From Gemmatales bacterium (lineage in GTDB: Bacteria; Planctomycetota; Planctomycetia; Gemmatales; HRBIN36): a stretch of DNA of 64,000 bases. The notes beneath the pieces were generated by a model. It was given only the letters and a program-made list of their open reading frames with translations. It made no database searches and was not told where the DNA came from. Below, piece after piece: positions 31,241-44,069 of this stretch. The DNA lies in NCBI GenBank assembly GCA_041640595.1, contig JBEPZY010000006.1, positions 128,001 to 192,000 on the forward strand. The letters run 5' to 3'. The first letter of the stretch is position 1; every line of letters starts with the position of its first letter. A program made the translations under genes and the position numbers.

Positions 31241-31813
31241 CAGCTTACAGCGCTGACTTCCACCACCGTCTGGTCAGTCGCTCGATGTCAAGTCGAAGAC
31301 TGCCGCAATGACAGGGCACCCGCTCTAACTTCCACCTTCAGCGTTCATCTCTCTCGAAAGAATTTCGCGGAAAACCATAGAACGCAGTGGCAAGATGCGA
31401 AGACCGATGTGAATCCGCCAACTAGCGGCGACCGTCGCATTCACTGCGCTTCCGCTCAACGACGCAAACTCTTGGCGCTACCCAGCCGCCGTAGCAGAAA
31501 CAGTTCGTTGACGTAGCCGCTGGAAATAACCTAAGTCCCTGGCTCCTCGAACTACTAAAACGCTTTAGCGTGTTTGCAGGAAAAACGCCTTTCCGCGATT
31601 GCAAGGTAAGCATCGTTCAACTATGCATAACTAGCGAGCGGCTAACTCCAGAGCACGACCCAGCACGGTGTCCCGGCACATCGTTCCAGAATGAATAACC
31701 GACAATCCCGGTGACGGATTATGGAGCAAGTAGCGATCCCTGGCGGCTGGTCGTTCGTCATATTTTTGACCAGAGCGCTGACGCAAGCGGTTCACAAATC
31801 GGAGGCGGTACCC

Positions 31814-32836
31814 ATGACGGCCATGGCAATCGTGTCCAACCATGCCCGGCGTAGCGGGCGGAAGCTGATCGTGGCAGCGTTGCTCCTGGCAACGGTATCC
31901 TGGGTCTGGGCAAGCCCACCGACCGCAGCAAGGAAACCCCATAAGGCTCCGTGCGGCGATTATGGTACGGCTATCGAGTTCGAGCCCACGCCGAAAGACG
32001 CCGCTCGCCGAGCTGCTGCCGAGGAAAAACTGGTCATGGTCTTGCATGTTTCGGGCCATTTCGAAGACCCCGGGCTGACCTGAAACAATGCCGAGGCACT
32101 CCGGGTGAGCGCCCTGGCTGATCCCCGCGTGGGCGAGTTTGTGCGGGAGCATTTTGTGTGTTCCTTCCAGAAAGTCGGGACGTTTCGCATTGTCGGCGGG
32201 CAGAAACAGGGCGGGAACGTGGCCACGTATTTCTGCGCTCCCGATGGCCGGGTCTTGCACGTCATTCCGGGCCCGGTTGGAGCGGAGCAATTTCTAGCGG
32301 AAGCCCGCTGGGTGGTTGACAGCGTGCGGCGCGGACTCCAGGAAAGCAAAAAGACAGGTAAGCTGTTCAAAGTGCTGTTCCGCGAATACCATGCCGAGCG
32401 GTTACGCAACCAGTATGGCCTGGTGGTGGAGCCGGCACGCTTTGATGTGGATACGGAAGCGCCGGGGGCACTCAGTTACCGCGATCCCACCGGTCGGCCC
32501 CTTGCTCCGGTGTTGCTGCCGCCGCCTCTGCACGGGCCGGATGTGACATTCGGCCAGGATCTGTTGCAACAACGGCAAGCCAAAGAAGCCGCCCATCCGC
32601 TGGCGCAGACAGTTCCCGGTATTGATGGGCGTCGCTGGGCACTGGGACCGCTCGCGCAAGCGCATCGGTTGCTGGCTGCCCATGCCCTGCAGCCGATTGA
32701 CAAACTCTACGGCACCGTCTTCGAGAACATCCTGGGCGAAAAAATTTCCACCAAGCCGGTCGAAATTGTCACGCCATTCCCTTGGCGTCCCGAAGGCAAA
32801 CGCGGCCAACCGCTGCCATTACCCGCACGGCCCTAA
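31814..32836 (+). CDS. Probable exported thioredoxin-like selenoprotein (in-frame TGA at 32081-32083 read as Sec)
   Basis: ORFs 31721-32083 and 32105-32836 are in frame and separated only by TGA; GGAGG RBS at 31801; signal peptide; hairpin directly after the TGA. Confidence 0.7.
32090..32118 (+). promoter_or_regulatory. Candidate bacterial SECIS hairpin
   Basis: GCCGAGGCACTC-CGGGT-GAGCGCCCTGGC: 12-position stem with two A.C mismatches; G second in the loop; loop starts 18 nt after the TGA. Confidence 0.55.
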
Positions 32837-32959
32837 ATCGGACAGGTGGCGGCCCCTGTTCAAACCCTCTCTTACACTGGATTGTGCGCGAGACACAGCC
32901 GCTGAGTTATCCTGGCCTGATGCCGTCACTATGTAGTGCCTGCGTAGAAGGACAAGCAC

Positions 32960-33364
32960 TCAGGCGCGGACTTTACGGGCGAGGCGGAGCATGGCGCGGC
33001 AGCGTTCCCGTTGTTGCATCAGACGCCGTCGCTCCTGAGGCGAAACCGTGGCCGGCACTGGTTGCGCCAGTTCGGATTCCAGAGCAGCGGCGTCCAGTTC
33101 GCTGGCGGGAATGGCTCGCGCGGTCAGGAGCGTTACCGTGTTGCGCTTGATCTGCACAAAGCCGCCGTCCACGAAATACTGCCGTACTTCTTCGCCCCGC
33201 CGCAAACGCAATTCGCCGAATCCTAACCGTCCCACCAGCGGAGCGCGACCGGGTAACACGCCGAGTTCGCCATCATAAAGTGGCACGGCCACGAAATCGG
33301 CTGATTCATCCACCACAGTGCGTTCCGGGGTAATCACCAGACAGTGCAATCGTTCCGCGGCCAT
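32960..33364 (-). CDS. atpC: ATP synthase F1 epsilon subunit
   Basis: VITPE, GELGVLPG, FVDGGF. Confidence 0.95.
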   Translation of the reverse strand: MAAERLHCLVITPERTVVDESADFVAVPLYDGELGVLPGRAPLVGRLGFGELRLRRGEEVRQYFVDGGFVQIKRNTVTLLTARAIPASELDAAALESELAQPVPATVSPQERRRLMQQRERCRAMLRLARKVRA

Positions 33365-33427
33365 GCTGCAAATCTCGCTGAGACGTACCAGGGCCTGGTG
33401 AGGCCCAATGCTTTTCGGAAGACCATC

Positions 33428-35945
<2,518 letters not shown>

Positions 35946-35991
35946 AAGTTTGCCTCTCCCGATCCTCAGCGCACAGCAAGATTGGTTGCGT

Positions 35992-37680
35992 TTAGGCCGG
36001 CGGCTTGAATTGCGTCTGGAAGAATTCGATCGCCTTGACCAGACCGGCTTCGATTTCCGGCGTGATCTTCTTTTCGCGGATGAGAGCGTTGCGGACCTCC
36101 GGCACCTGTTCGCGCATGAAGCGTAAAAATTGTTCTTCCCAGGCGGCGACGTGGCGGATAGGCACGGAATCCAGGTAACCGCGTGTGCCGGCGAAGATGA
36201 TCATCACCTGATCGGCGACGTGCATCGGTTTGTATTGCGGTTGCTTGAGAATTTCCACCATGCGGTAACCGCGGTCAAGCTGCGCCTGCGTCGCTTTATC
36301 GAGTTCGGTGCCGAGCTGGGCAAACGCTTCCAGTTCACGGAAGGCCGCCAGGTCCAGTCGCAGGCTCCCGGCCACCTGTTTCATAGCGGGGATCTGTGCT
36401 TTTCCGCCGACACGCGAGACCGAAATACCCACGTCAATCGCTGGTCGCACGCCGGCAAAGAAAAGGCTCGGTTGCAAATAAATCTGGCCGTCGGTGATCG
36501 AAATGACGTTGGTGGGAATGTACGCGGAGACCTCGCCTTCGAGCGTTTCGATGATCGGCAACGCTGTCAGTGAGCCACCGGATTTCGGCAGCTTAGCCAG
36601 CTTATGCCCCGGATACTCGGGGAGGACCACCTCCTGAGCGTGCTTCTTTTCCAGGGGGCCTTTGAAAACGCGAGGCGAGCCATCGGGGTTACGCACCGCC
36701 GAATGTTCCGCCGTCACCTCTTTATCCGGGACGGATTCGGGAACGATCACCCAGTGTTCAGCTAACTTGGCCGAGCGCTCGAGCAAGCGGGAGTGGCAAT
36801 AGAAAATGTCGCCAGGATATGCCTCGCGCCCTGGTGGACGACGCATCAAGAGCGACAGTTGCCGATAAGCCGCCGCCTGTTTGCTCAGGTCATCGTACAC
36901 GCAAAGAGTATCGCGGCCCTGTTCGTACATGTAATACTCGGCCATAGCGCAGCCGGCGTAAGGAGCGATATACTGCAACGCTGCCGGGGCCGACGACGAC
37001 GCAACCACGACAATGGTGTAATCCATTGCCCCGTGTTGCCGCAAAGCCTCGATCACCTGGGCAACGGTGGATTCCTTCTGGCCGATGGCGACATACACGC
37101 AAATAACGTCCTCATCCTTCTGGTTGATGATGGTGTCCACGGCGATGGCAGTTTTGCCCGTTTTGCGGTCGCCGATAATGAGTTCCCGCTGGCCGCGACC
37201 GATCGGCGTCATCGAATCAATGGCTTTGATGCCCGTCTGCAAGGGCACGTTGACGGGTTGCCTTTCGGCAACACCGGGAGCCGGCGATTCCACCAGACGT
37301 GTGTACGGGGTAACAATCGGTCCTTTACCGTCGAGGGGATTGCCGAGCGGGTCGACCACCCGGCCGATCATAGCATCGCCGACCGGCACTCGCAACAATT
37401 GCCCAGTAGCCCGCACCTCATCGCCTTCACGAATCTCCAGGTAATCACCGAGGATGATCACACCGACCGAAGTTTCCTCGAGGTTGAAGGCCAAGCCCAT
37501 GACGCCGGTACGAGTGAACTCGACCATTTCGCCGGACATCACCCCGCCCAAACCATAGACGCGGGCAATGCCATCACCGACTTCCAGAACCCGGCCGATT
37601 TCCCGCGCTTCCAATTCCGCGCGATATTGTTCAATCTCCGCTTGCAGAACAGAAACGATCTCGTTGGGTTTGAATCGCAT
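35992..37680 (-). CDS. atpA: ATP synthase F1 alpha subunit
   Basis: [38 protein letters not shown]. Confidence 0.98.
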   Translation of the reverse strand: MRFKPNEIVSVLQAEIEQYRAELEAREIGRVLEVGDGIARVYGLGGVMSGEMVEFTRTGVMGLAFNLEETSVGVIILGDYLEIREGDEVRATGQLLRVPVGDAMIGRVVDPLGNPLDGKGPIVTPYTRLVESPAPGVAERQPVNVPLQTGIKAIDSMTPIGRGQRELIIGDRKTGKTAIAVDTIINQKDEDVICVYVAIGQKESTVAQVIEALRQHGAMDYTIVVVASSSAPAALQYIAPYAGCAMAEYYMYEQGRDTLCVYDDLSKQAAAYRQLSLLMRRPPGREAYPGDIFYCHSRLLERSAKLAEHWVIVPESVPDKEVTAEHSAVRNPDGSPRVFKGPLEKKHAQEVVLPEYPGHKLAKLPKSGGSLTALPIIETLEGEVSAYIPTNVISITDGQIYLQPSLFFAGVRPAIDVGISVSRVGGKAQIPAMKQVAGSLRLDLAAFRELEAFAQLGTELDKATQAQLDRGYRMVEILKQPQYKPMHVADQVMIIFAGTRGYLDSVPIRHVAAWEEQFLRFMREQVPEVRNALIREKKITPEIEAGLVKAIEFFQTQFKPPA

Positions 37681-38302
37681 AGGAAGCCCTCGCCAGAAGT
37701 TCTTTTTCGAGTTTGCTCAGTCGGCTGCGGACCGAGCCGTCGAAGACCCAATCGCCGATCCGTACCACCAGTCCACCAAGCAATTCAGGCTCGACGCGAT
37801 TGGTCACCAGTGGTTCGAGCCGGAAGATGTCGCGGAGTTGACCAGCGATCCGCTCGAGGTAAGCTTCCCCCAGAGGGACGGCGGACTGCACTTCCACGCG
37901 GACCCGGCGTGCTTCCCGGTCACGCAGTTGCCGATAGGCACGCACGATGGTTCGCAATAACGGCAAGCGGTCGTGGTCGTTGAGCACCAGCAGGAAGTTT
38001 AATACCAGCGGATGTGCCCGACCGGTAAACAACCGGGAAATGGTTTCCGCCTTCCGCCGACGGGAAATGATGCCGCTTGTAAGAAAAAGTTCCAGTTCCG
38101 GAGCACTGGTGAACACGTCATCCACCAGGGAATCCAGTTCTTCCAGAACCTGTTCTTCGGCCTGCTGGGCACGAGCAGCGCGAAGCAATGCCTCGGCATA
38201 CACGCGGGCGATCTGCTGGCCGCGAATGTCCAGCACGGTCGGATAGACAGGTCGATCCGCGACCTGTGGCTTGGGATAAGTATGCTGGTGCTCTTCAGTC
38301 AT
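37631..38302 (-). CDS. atpH: ATP synthase F1 delta subunit
   Basis: [13 protein letters not shown]...[16 protein letters not shown]. Confidence 0.95.
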   Translation of the reverse strand: MTEEHQHTYPKPQVADRPVYPTVLDIRGQQIARVYAEALLRAARAQQAEEQVLEELDSLVDDVFTSAPELELFLTSGIISRRRKAETISRLFTGRAHPLVLNFLLVLNDHDRLPLLRTIVRAYRQLRDREARRVRVEVQSAVPLGEAYLERIAGQLRDIFRLEPLVTNRVEPELLGGLVVRIGDWVFDGSVRSRLSKLEKELLARASYAIQTQRDRFCSASGD

Positions 38303-38363
38303 GTGAGCTGGTCATCTGAATTCCAAGGAGGGAAAAATCGAGGCAAGCAGCACTGCCAGCAAA

Positions 38364-39053
38364 TCAGGGCTGGTAATTGCCCACCAGTGCCATGTGTTCG
38401 CGTTCGTAAGCCTCGCCGTGTTGCCGTAACTCTGCGAGTGCCTCATCCAGAAGCCGACGATGATCCTCTTCGCTCAGCGACCTGCGGATAGCCTTTTCCG
38501 AAACCAACACGGCCAGGCGTACCGCAGATTGCCAGAGTTCCTGCAAAGCCTGGTCGCGAGCTCGCGCCAGTTCACGCAGCAGTCGTTCGCGCTCGGCCTG
38601 GACTTCGGCCAAACCGCGTGCGCGAATCTCCTCGGCAGTGCGCTCGGCATCGCGGCGGGCTTCGTCGAGAATTTCCCGCACCTTCTCGCCGGCTCGTTGC
38701 ATTTCCTGCTGCAACTGGGATCGGATACGTTCGGCTTCCGCACGGGCTTGTTCAGCCTCCTGCAGAGCCCGGCGGATGCTTTCTTCGCGCTTGCGCAGGC
38801 CTTCGAGCATCGGTCGCCAGGCCAGTTTGCGCAGCACCACCAGCAGCAGGCCGAACACGACCAGGCTCCACACCGCCAGGTCGAGCGAGAAGGATAAAGG
38901 TCCTTCCTCGCCCTCAGCATGGCCATGCCCGGCTTCCGCGGCACCAGTGCAGTCCGGCATCAGCAACCACCAGGTCGCGCACCAGGCCAGCACCACAACC
39001 CCACGGGCCAGCCAGTCGGCTCGACCCCACCAGCGCTGTAGGCCCGAAACCAT
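38364..39053 (-). CDS. atpF: ATP synthase Fo b subunit
   Basis: W.L.VF..L...L.K.AW.P...L..R.E.I plus coiled coil; start at MVSG with GGAGGA RBS. Confidence 0.93.
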   Translation of the reverse strand: MVSGLQRWWGRADWLARGVVVLAWCATWWLLMPDCTGAAEAGHGHAEGEEGPLSFSLDLAVWSLVVFGLLLVVLRKLAWRPMLEGLRKREESIRRALQEAEQARAEAERIRSQLQQEMQRAGEKVREILDEARRDAERTAEEIRARGLAEVQAERERLLRELARARDQALQELWQSAVRLAVLVSEKAIRRSLSEEDHRRLLDEALAELRQHGEAYEREHMALVGNYQP

Positions 39054-39146
39054 CGAATCTTTCCTCCACTTTACAAGGCAGATAAGCACCAAGCCGGCCG
39101 AAGGCGGCGTTTTCTTCTGTCGGGCTGTACCCTGGCCAGCCGCTGA

Positions 39147-39461
39147 TTAGGCCTTGACCGCCATGATGATGCACACGATCAGGGCGAAGAAAGTCGCACC
39201 TTCCAGCAGCGCGGCAATGATCAGCATACCGGTCTGAATGCGGGGTGCGATTTCCGGCTGCCGGGCCATGCTTTCCAGAGCGGCCTGGCCAATTCGACCG
39301 AATCCCCAGCCAGCACCGATCAGCACCAGCGCTGTGCCAAAGCCAGCACCGACAGCGTTCCCGTAAAACTGATGGGCCCCCTGATCTACCGCCAGTGCGG
39401 GCATGGCCAGCACCAGCAGCGCAATCATCACCAGACCCACGCTTGCGAGCATCTGCTTCAT
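39147..39461 (-). CDS. atpE: ATP synthase Fo c subunit with N-terminal leader
   Basis: GAGWGFG, ARQPE loop, LLEGA; start at MKQML with GGAGG RBS. Confidence 0.95.
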   Translation of the reverse strand: MKQMLASVGLVMIALLVLAMPALAVDQGAHQFYGNAVGAGFGTALVLIGAGWGFGRIGQAALESMARQPEIAPRIQTGMLIIAALLEGATFFALIVCIIMAVKA

Positions 39462-39655
39462 CGTTCCTCCTTTCTGTGCATCAATGTCTTGTGGCACCGC
39501 TTCTAGTGCCAGTCTATCGCGTGCTCCGCCAATTCCCAGAAATGGGAATGCAGTATCCCATTCGTTTAGCAAGCAAGAGAATCGCAGCCAGAGATGGTCG
39601 CCAGCGGTGGCGGCAGGCCCACCGATTGGCAAGAGGATGTCCCTGCACCTTTCGC

Positions 39656-40687
39656 CTAATGTTCCATGTGCAGCTGGAAGCCGAGGAAAAGCGCAGTCAG
39701 GAAGGTGAAAATGAACGCCTGCAAAAACGCAACAAAGATTTCCAGCAAACTTAATGCCACGACGCCGAACACACTTCCCAGGGTAACGATCCCCCAGACG
39801 ACTGGCCCGGCGTTTTTGGCCATGACAATGAACGCCATGATAAACGCCAGCACGGTGTGGCCGGCGAAAATGTTAGCGAAGAGTCGCACAGCCAGAACGG
39901 TGGCCTTGATGAAATGTCCGAGGAACTCAATGGCGACGATCATCACAATCAGCGGAAAGCCGAAGATCAATGGAATTCCCGTGTCCGGAACATGGGCGCG
40001 GATGTATCGCCACAATCCCACGATCGGAGCCAGTAACCAGGGAACCCGGGACGACGCGGAATCCGGTTGGGACGATCCCCGATGGCCATGCTCCGCGTGC
40101 CCGACCGGGTGGTGAGTTGCCGCTGGAGATTCTGCTGGGCGTTCTTCGTGCATGGGATGCTCATGGTGGTCGGAATGTTCATCGTGGCCATGATGCCCAC
40201 CGTGTTGGAGCTGGTATTGGATTGCCGCACCGTGAATCAGCAGGAAACTGCAAAAGGCCAGCGCTCCGGTTACGCTCAAATCACCGGTGGGCGACCCCAG
40301 AAACGGTATCATGCCCAGCAGATTGCAAAACAATATGAACAGGAAAACAGTCCAGATGTACGGAACAAAGCGGTCGGCGTCCCGCTCACCAATATACGGT
40401 TTGGCCACCTCATCACGCAGGAAGGTCAGGATCGCCTCAAAACAATTCCAGAAGAACCCTCGGGGTGGCCCACCGCTGCGAGCACGCCGGGCGATCGGCA
40501 CGTAAATCGCCACAAGCAATAGCGCCGCCAGCAACTCGATCACCATGAATTTGGTGATCTGGAGCGGCTTTTCCCGAAACGGAAGCGGAATGGCCGGCAG
40601 GTGAATTTCCACTTTGCCGGTCAGGCTGTTGTCGAAAAATGTCCAGACGGCACTGTCTTTCGAATGTTCAAGAGGGCTGTGAGCCAT
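39656..40687 (-). CDS. atpB: ATP synthase Fo a subunit
   Basis: F.FIL.CNLLGM.P, LAVRLFANIFAGH, E.FVA.LQA.IF. Confidence 0.96.
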   Translation of the reverse strand: MAHSPLEHSKDSAVWTFFDNSLTGKVEIHLPAIPLPFREKPLQITKFMVIELLAALLLVAIYVPIARRARSGGPPRGFFWNCFEAILTFLRDEVAKPYIGERDADRFVPYIWTVFLFILFCNLLGMIPFLGSPTGDLSVTGALAFCSFLLIHGAAIQYQLQHGGHHGHDEHSDHHEHPMHEERPAESPAATHHPVGHAEHGHRGSSQPDSASSRVPWLLAPIVGLWRYIRAHVPDTGIPLIFGFPLIVMIVAIEFLGHFIKATVLAVRLFANIFAGHTVLAFIMAFIVMAKNAGPVVWGIVTLGSVFGVVALSLLEIFVAFLQAFIFTFLTALFLGFQLHMEH

Positions 40688-40780
40688 ACCGGTTCAAGTT
40701 CTTTTAGGTGCATGCTGAGCGTAGCCGCGCTGAGAAAGCGGGACGCTAGCAAGTTTAGTACCGATTCTCGAAGCAATCGC

Positions 40781-41197
40781 TCACCGGTTTGGAATTTTGC
40801 GGATGGTGAAGACTAGTTCGACACCCAGCGTTGCCAAATATGCAGCCGCCAGGGGCACCCAGAAAGCCAGTCCATCGCCCCACGAAGCTGTAAAGGCCAG
40901 CACCAGGGCACCGCCGAGAGTCAATACCAGGCGAATCCCCGTGCCCATCAGCGCCAGCAAAGGAAAGTTCCCGCCCGATACTCGAGCGGCCCTGGCGGTG
41001 AAAATGTGAGCGGTCAGCGCAGGAATGAGCACCAGAGCCAGGGCAGCGATTACCGGCACAGAGGAATCGCTTGCGCTGGCCCCAACTGCCAGACCACCGA
41101 TCATCGCCGCGGCTATAGATACCGCAGCAAGCAAGCCGATTTCGAGCAGTTCGCCTATCGCGACGAGCCGCCCGGAGGTTCCCTCAGGAGCAACCAC
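40781..41197 (-). CDS. ATP synthase protein I-like 4-TM membrane protein
   Basis: Hydrophobic ORF with GTGIRL directly upstream of atpB; start uncertain. Confidence 0.65.
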   Translation of the reverse strand: MVAPEGTSGRLVAIGELLEIGLLAAVSIAAAMIGGLAVGASASDSSVPVIAALALVLIPALTAHIFTARAARVSGGNFPLLALMGTGIRLVLTLGGALVLAFTASWGDGLAFWVPLAAAYLATLGVELVFTIRKIPNR

Positions 41198-41376
41198 AGA
41201 TGGGTCATTCCTACAGCAAAGCCCACGATTACTCCGAGGATCACCATCCACGGGCTTGTTCCCCAGCGATAATCGAGCCAGGCCCCCAGCGCAATGGGTA
41301 TGACCATCTCCAACCCGATCTGGCCCAGGGCGAAGTAGCGTCCCAGTTCCCGAGGACCGACGTCGCTCCTTCTCAC
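41155..41376 (-). CDS. AtpZ/AtpI family protein
   Basis: G.E.V....LGAWLD..W.TSPW..ILG...G...G; GTG start with GGAG RBS. Confidence 0.85.
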   Translation of the reverse strand: MRRSDVGPRELGRYFALGQIGLEMVIPIALGAWLDYRWGTSPWMVILGVIVGFAVGMTHLWLLLREPPGGSSR

Positions 41377-41698
41377 TGAGTTGCTCCGCCATCTTCCCCG
41401 TCTTGGGCAATTCGCTCCAGTGGCTAATCCCCATGCCAGTCGGCTTCTTTCACGCTGGGGCAAGCAATACCAGCTGCCGCGTGCGTCCCCGGCCTGGCTA
41501 GCTGTTTGCCTGGCCGGTATTCGTGGCGTGTGGAAAGCTATTCTGGAACTGCTCCCGCGAAAGTCAACCGGTACCCGGAAAATTTTTCCAAACTCACCGA
41601 GTCCGGCCAAATTTTATAGACCCAAGAGGCTGCCTCTAAACGACTTCCGCAGCTTAATCGCTCAGCGAGCCGATTGGCGAGAATTATCCGCTTCGCAC

Positions 41699-42466
41699 CT
41701 ACCGTGGCAATTCACCGGCCACAGGCTGGTCGCCAAGACCCAGGAACTTCTCGATCGCTTGTTCAATAAACATCGCCATTTCCGGTTCGCTCAGCGAGAG
41801 CAGTTTCCGCGCTGTACCGTCGTGAAGCAGCGCGTTCAAATCATACCCTGAATCCGGCTCCGCCTCGCAAGATTCCGATTCGGACTCCTGTTCCGAGGAC
41901 TGATCATCAGGTTTTGAAGGCTGACGCACACACCGGGCACCCACGTAGAGCTGGGCGATCTGCTCAACCGGTAGCACCACGCTGCCGGGCCAGGGAAACG
42001 GTCGGTGCCGCACGCGCAACGTTTCATGATCCACGACGATTTCCGTGCGGTTAACCAGACTCGCCAGGGTAAAGTAAGTGAGCCAGACACCAACAGCCAC
42101 GTGTGCGATGGGAAAAACGATCATGAGCCAATTATTACCGGGCCAAGCCAGGACTTGGTAGTACCAGAAGATCAGAAAGCTATCCCACGCAATGCAGAAG
42201 AAAATCAGGAATACGGCCGACCAGCTAAACCAGGGCCATAATATGCGTAATTGCGTTCCGCTGTCTTCGACGGTGAGTTGATGCGGTTGCGGAGCGACTG
42301 GCCGTGGGCGATTTGCCAGGCCCGCACTTTCCGCGGAACCTTGTTGCGGAACGAAATCGCGAAGGTTAACCAACGCATGGCAACGCCGACACTTCCCGAC
42401 CATCTGGTCGAGATTCATGTCCTCGCTGCGTAGCATCTCCCCGCAGCTGGGGCAAATGACCTGCAT
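41699..42466 (-). CDS. Membrane protein with N-terminal zinc ribbon and probable PH-like C-terminus
   Basis: CPSC...CRRC, two TM segments; GGAG RBS before MQVIC. Confidence 0.75.
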   Translation of the reverse strand: MQVICPSCGEMLRSEDMNLDQMVGKCRRCHALVNLRDFVPQQGSAESAGLANRPRPVAPQPHQLTVEDSGTQLRILWPWFSWSAVFLIFFCIAWDSFLIFWYYQVLAWPGNNWLMIVFPIAHVAVGVWLTYFTLASLVNRTEIVVDHETLRVRHRPFPWPGSVVLPVEQIAQLYVGARCVRQPSKPDDQSSEQESESESCEAEPDSGYDLNALLHDGTARKLLSLSEPEMAMFIEQAIEKFLGLGDQPVAGELPR

Positions 42467-42771
42467 AGGGGCTCCATTCATAGACGGGTGGTTTTTCGCA
42501 ATTCGCCAGCCCTTGGCGAAGTTTACGCTTGCCTGGGCCGAACTTTTTGGGTGCGTTGTTCCGCAGCGATTTAGTATTCCGGCGATAATCACCCGTCCGT
42601 ATCGGGAAGCTGTTTTTCTTCTCGGGATTGCAGAGTCTCTTCGCTTCGCTTCTTCCGAAATTGGGCATGGCCAGGGGCAGTTTTGCTCCATGCGGGTTCG
42701 GTCGCTGCTTGTCATGCGCTTTTCAGCAGGCCACGGTCGGCGAACATCCAAGCGTCAAGCCGACGCAAGTC

Positions 42772-43542
42772 TTAGTCGGACGGCGGTTGCAAGGCGCCTA
42801 CAAGCTGGGCCAGACGGTTGTCCTGAGGGTAACTGTGGCCCAAATGCTGACGGAAACCCTCGGCATAAGCCACGCCGACACGTTCGCCTTGCTGCCTACC
42901 CCAACGCCGCATCGCTTCCAGATATTCGTCCATACCGTGGTGTTTCAAGAGCCATTGCCGCTGGCTGGCGTGGCAGGCCAGCATTTGTGTCTTGCGGTCT
43001 ATGACGCTGCTTATATCCACGTAAAACTGAGCGGGCACTGGTCGGCCGAATAAATCCTTCCCCTCGATCGGATCGCAGTAATACAGGTGGGGGATGTGGT
43101 CTAAAGGAGCCAGTGCCGGATCGGGAGCGAAGTTCGGCACCGGTGCCGCAAAACAGGCAGCCCGGACTATCTGGCTGGTCACCTCGTGGTCGAGGAGGTA
43201 GTCCGTAGGACAATGCGTGAACACCATTTGCGGGCGTACTTCGCGCAACAGCCTTGTCACCTTGACCAGGGTGCGTTCCTGGTAGAAAATCAGCAGGTCC
43301 CGCTCTTCCAGGCAATGATACCGGCCCCCGATGAGAGCGGCAGAACGTTCGCCTTCCGTGCGGCGAATGGCACTGATTTCTTCTGGCGGCAACTCCGCCG
43401 AACCACAATCGCCCGGCGTCATGCTGGCGATATGCACAACCGCCTGGTGTTCGTTGGCGAGTCGAATCAGCGTACCTGCACACAGAAATTCCGCGTCGTC
43501 GGGATGCGCGAAAACCGCCAGCACAGTTATCGGCATAGTCAT
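42772..43542 (-). CDS. PIG-L/LmbE family deacetylase
   Basis: AHPDDAE, R..E, DH, HASQ, YAEGF. Confidence 0.92.
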   Translation of the reverse strand: MTMPITVLAVFAHPDDAEFLCAGTLIRLANEHQAVVHIASMTPGDCGSAELPPEEISAIRRTEGERSAALIGGRYHCLEERDLLIFYQERTLVKVTRLLREVRPQMVFTHCPTDYLLDHEVTSQIVRAACFAAPVPNFAPDPALAPLDHIPHLYYCDPIEGKDLFGRPVPAQFYVDISSVIDRKTQMLACHASQRQWLLKHHGMDEYLEAMRRWGRQQGERVGVAYAEGFRQHLGHSYPQDNRLAQLVGALQPPSD

Positions 43543-43907
43543 CCCCTTTACCAGGACCTTCCGGTGCTGCTACGTCCCTCGATGCATCCGAATGTTCCTC
43601 CCACGGCAATTGGTAAGCTGGCCTTCCTTGCCAGCGCCACACTCTCGTTCGCGTTCACCCTGTGGAGCCGTTGGCTTTCCAAGCAATAGTGAGACCCGAG
43701 TGCCGTGCTCTGGTTCACGCTCGCCCTGTTCCCAGCCTTTCGTATTCTGGGAAACCTTGCGCTATTAGCCAAGGGTTCCAGTCCAGTGTTCAGGAAAAGA
43801 CGCGAGCGAACATCCGAAATCTGGGAAACTCATTCACGTCCGCCCAGCCATACAAAAGAAAGTCCTTGCAGGGACGCCAGTTGTGTGATGGAACGGGCAA
43901 AAATCAC

Positions 43908-43924
43908 CGGCACGGCTTTTGCTA
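43908..43924 (+). promoter_or_regulatory. Putative sigma54 (-24/-12) promoter of the cytochrome c oxidase operon
   Basis: CGGCACGGCTTTTGCTA, with exact GG-N10-GC spacing and close to the TGGCAC-N5-TTGCW consensus. Confidence 0.65.
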
Positions 43925-43974
43925 GTGTGCATTCCACTGCTCAGCAACCCCGGCACCTGCCAGCCAGAGGTTGC

Positions 43975-44002
43975 TTGACATCGAATCATCGCCACCTAAA
44001 AC
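43975..44002 (+). promoter_or_regulatory. Possible sigma70-type promoter of the cox operon
   Basis: TTGACA-N16-TAAAAC. Confidence 0.35.
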
Positions 44003-44069
44003 AATTGGTCAATGCTGCTGACACGCGGCCAGCTAAACTGGCCGAATAGCTTTCAGGAGGCTTGTGGGG

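Noticed and set aside
36793..37983. 396-aa plus-strand ORF
   Set aside because: Antisense shadow of atpA/atpH
41463..41479. Sigma54 promoter directly upstream of the atp operon
   Set aside because: GG-GC spacing is 11 nt rather than the required 10
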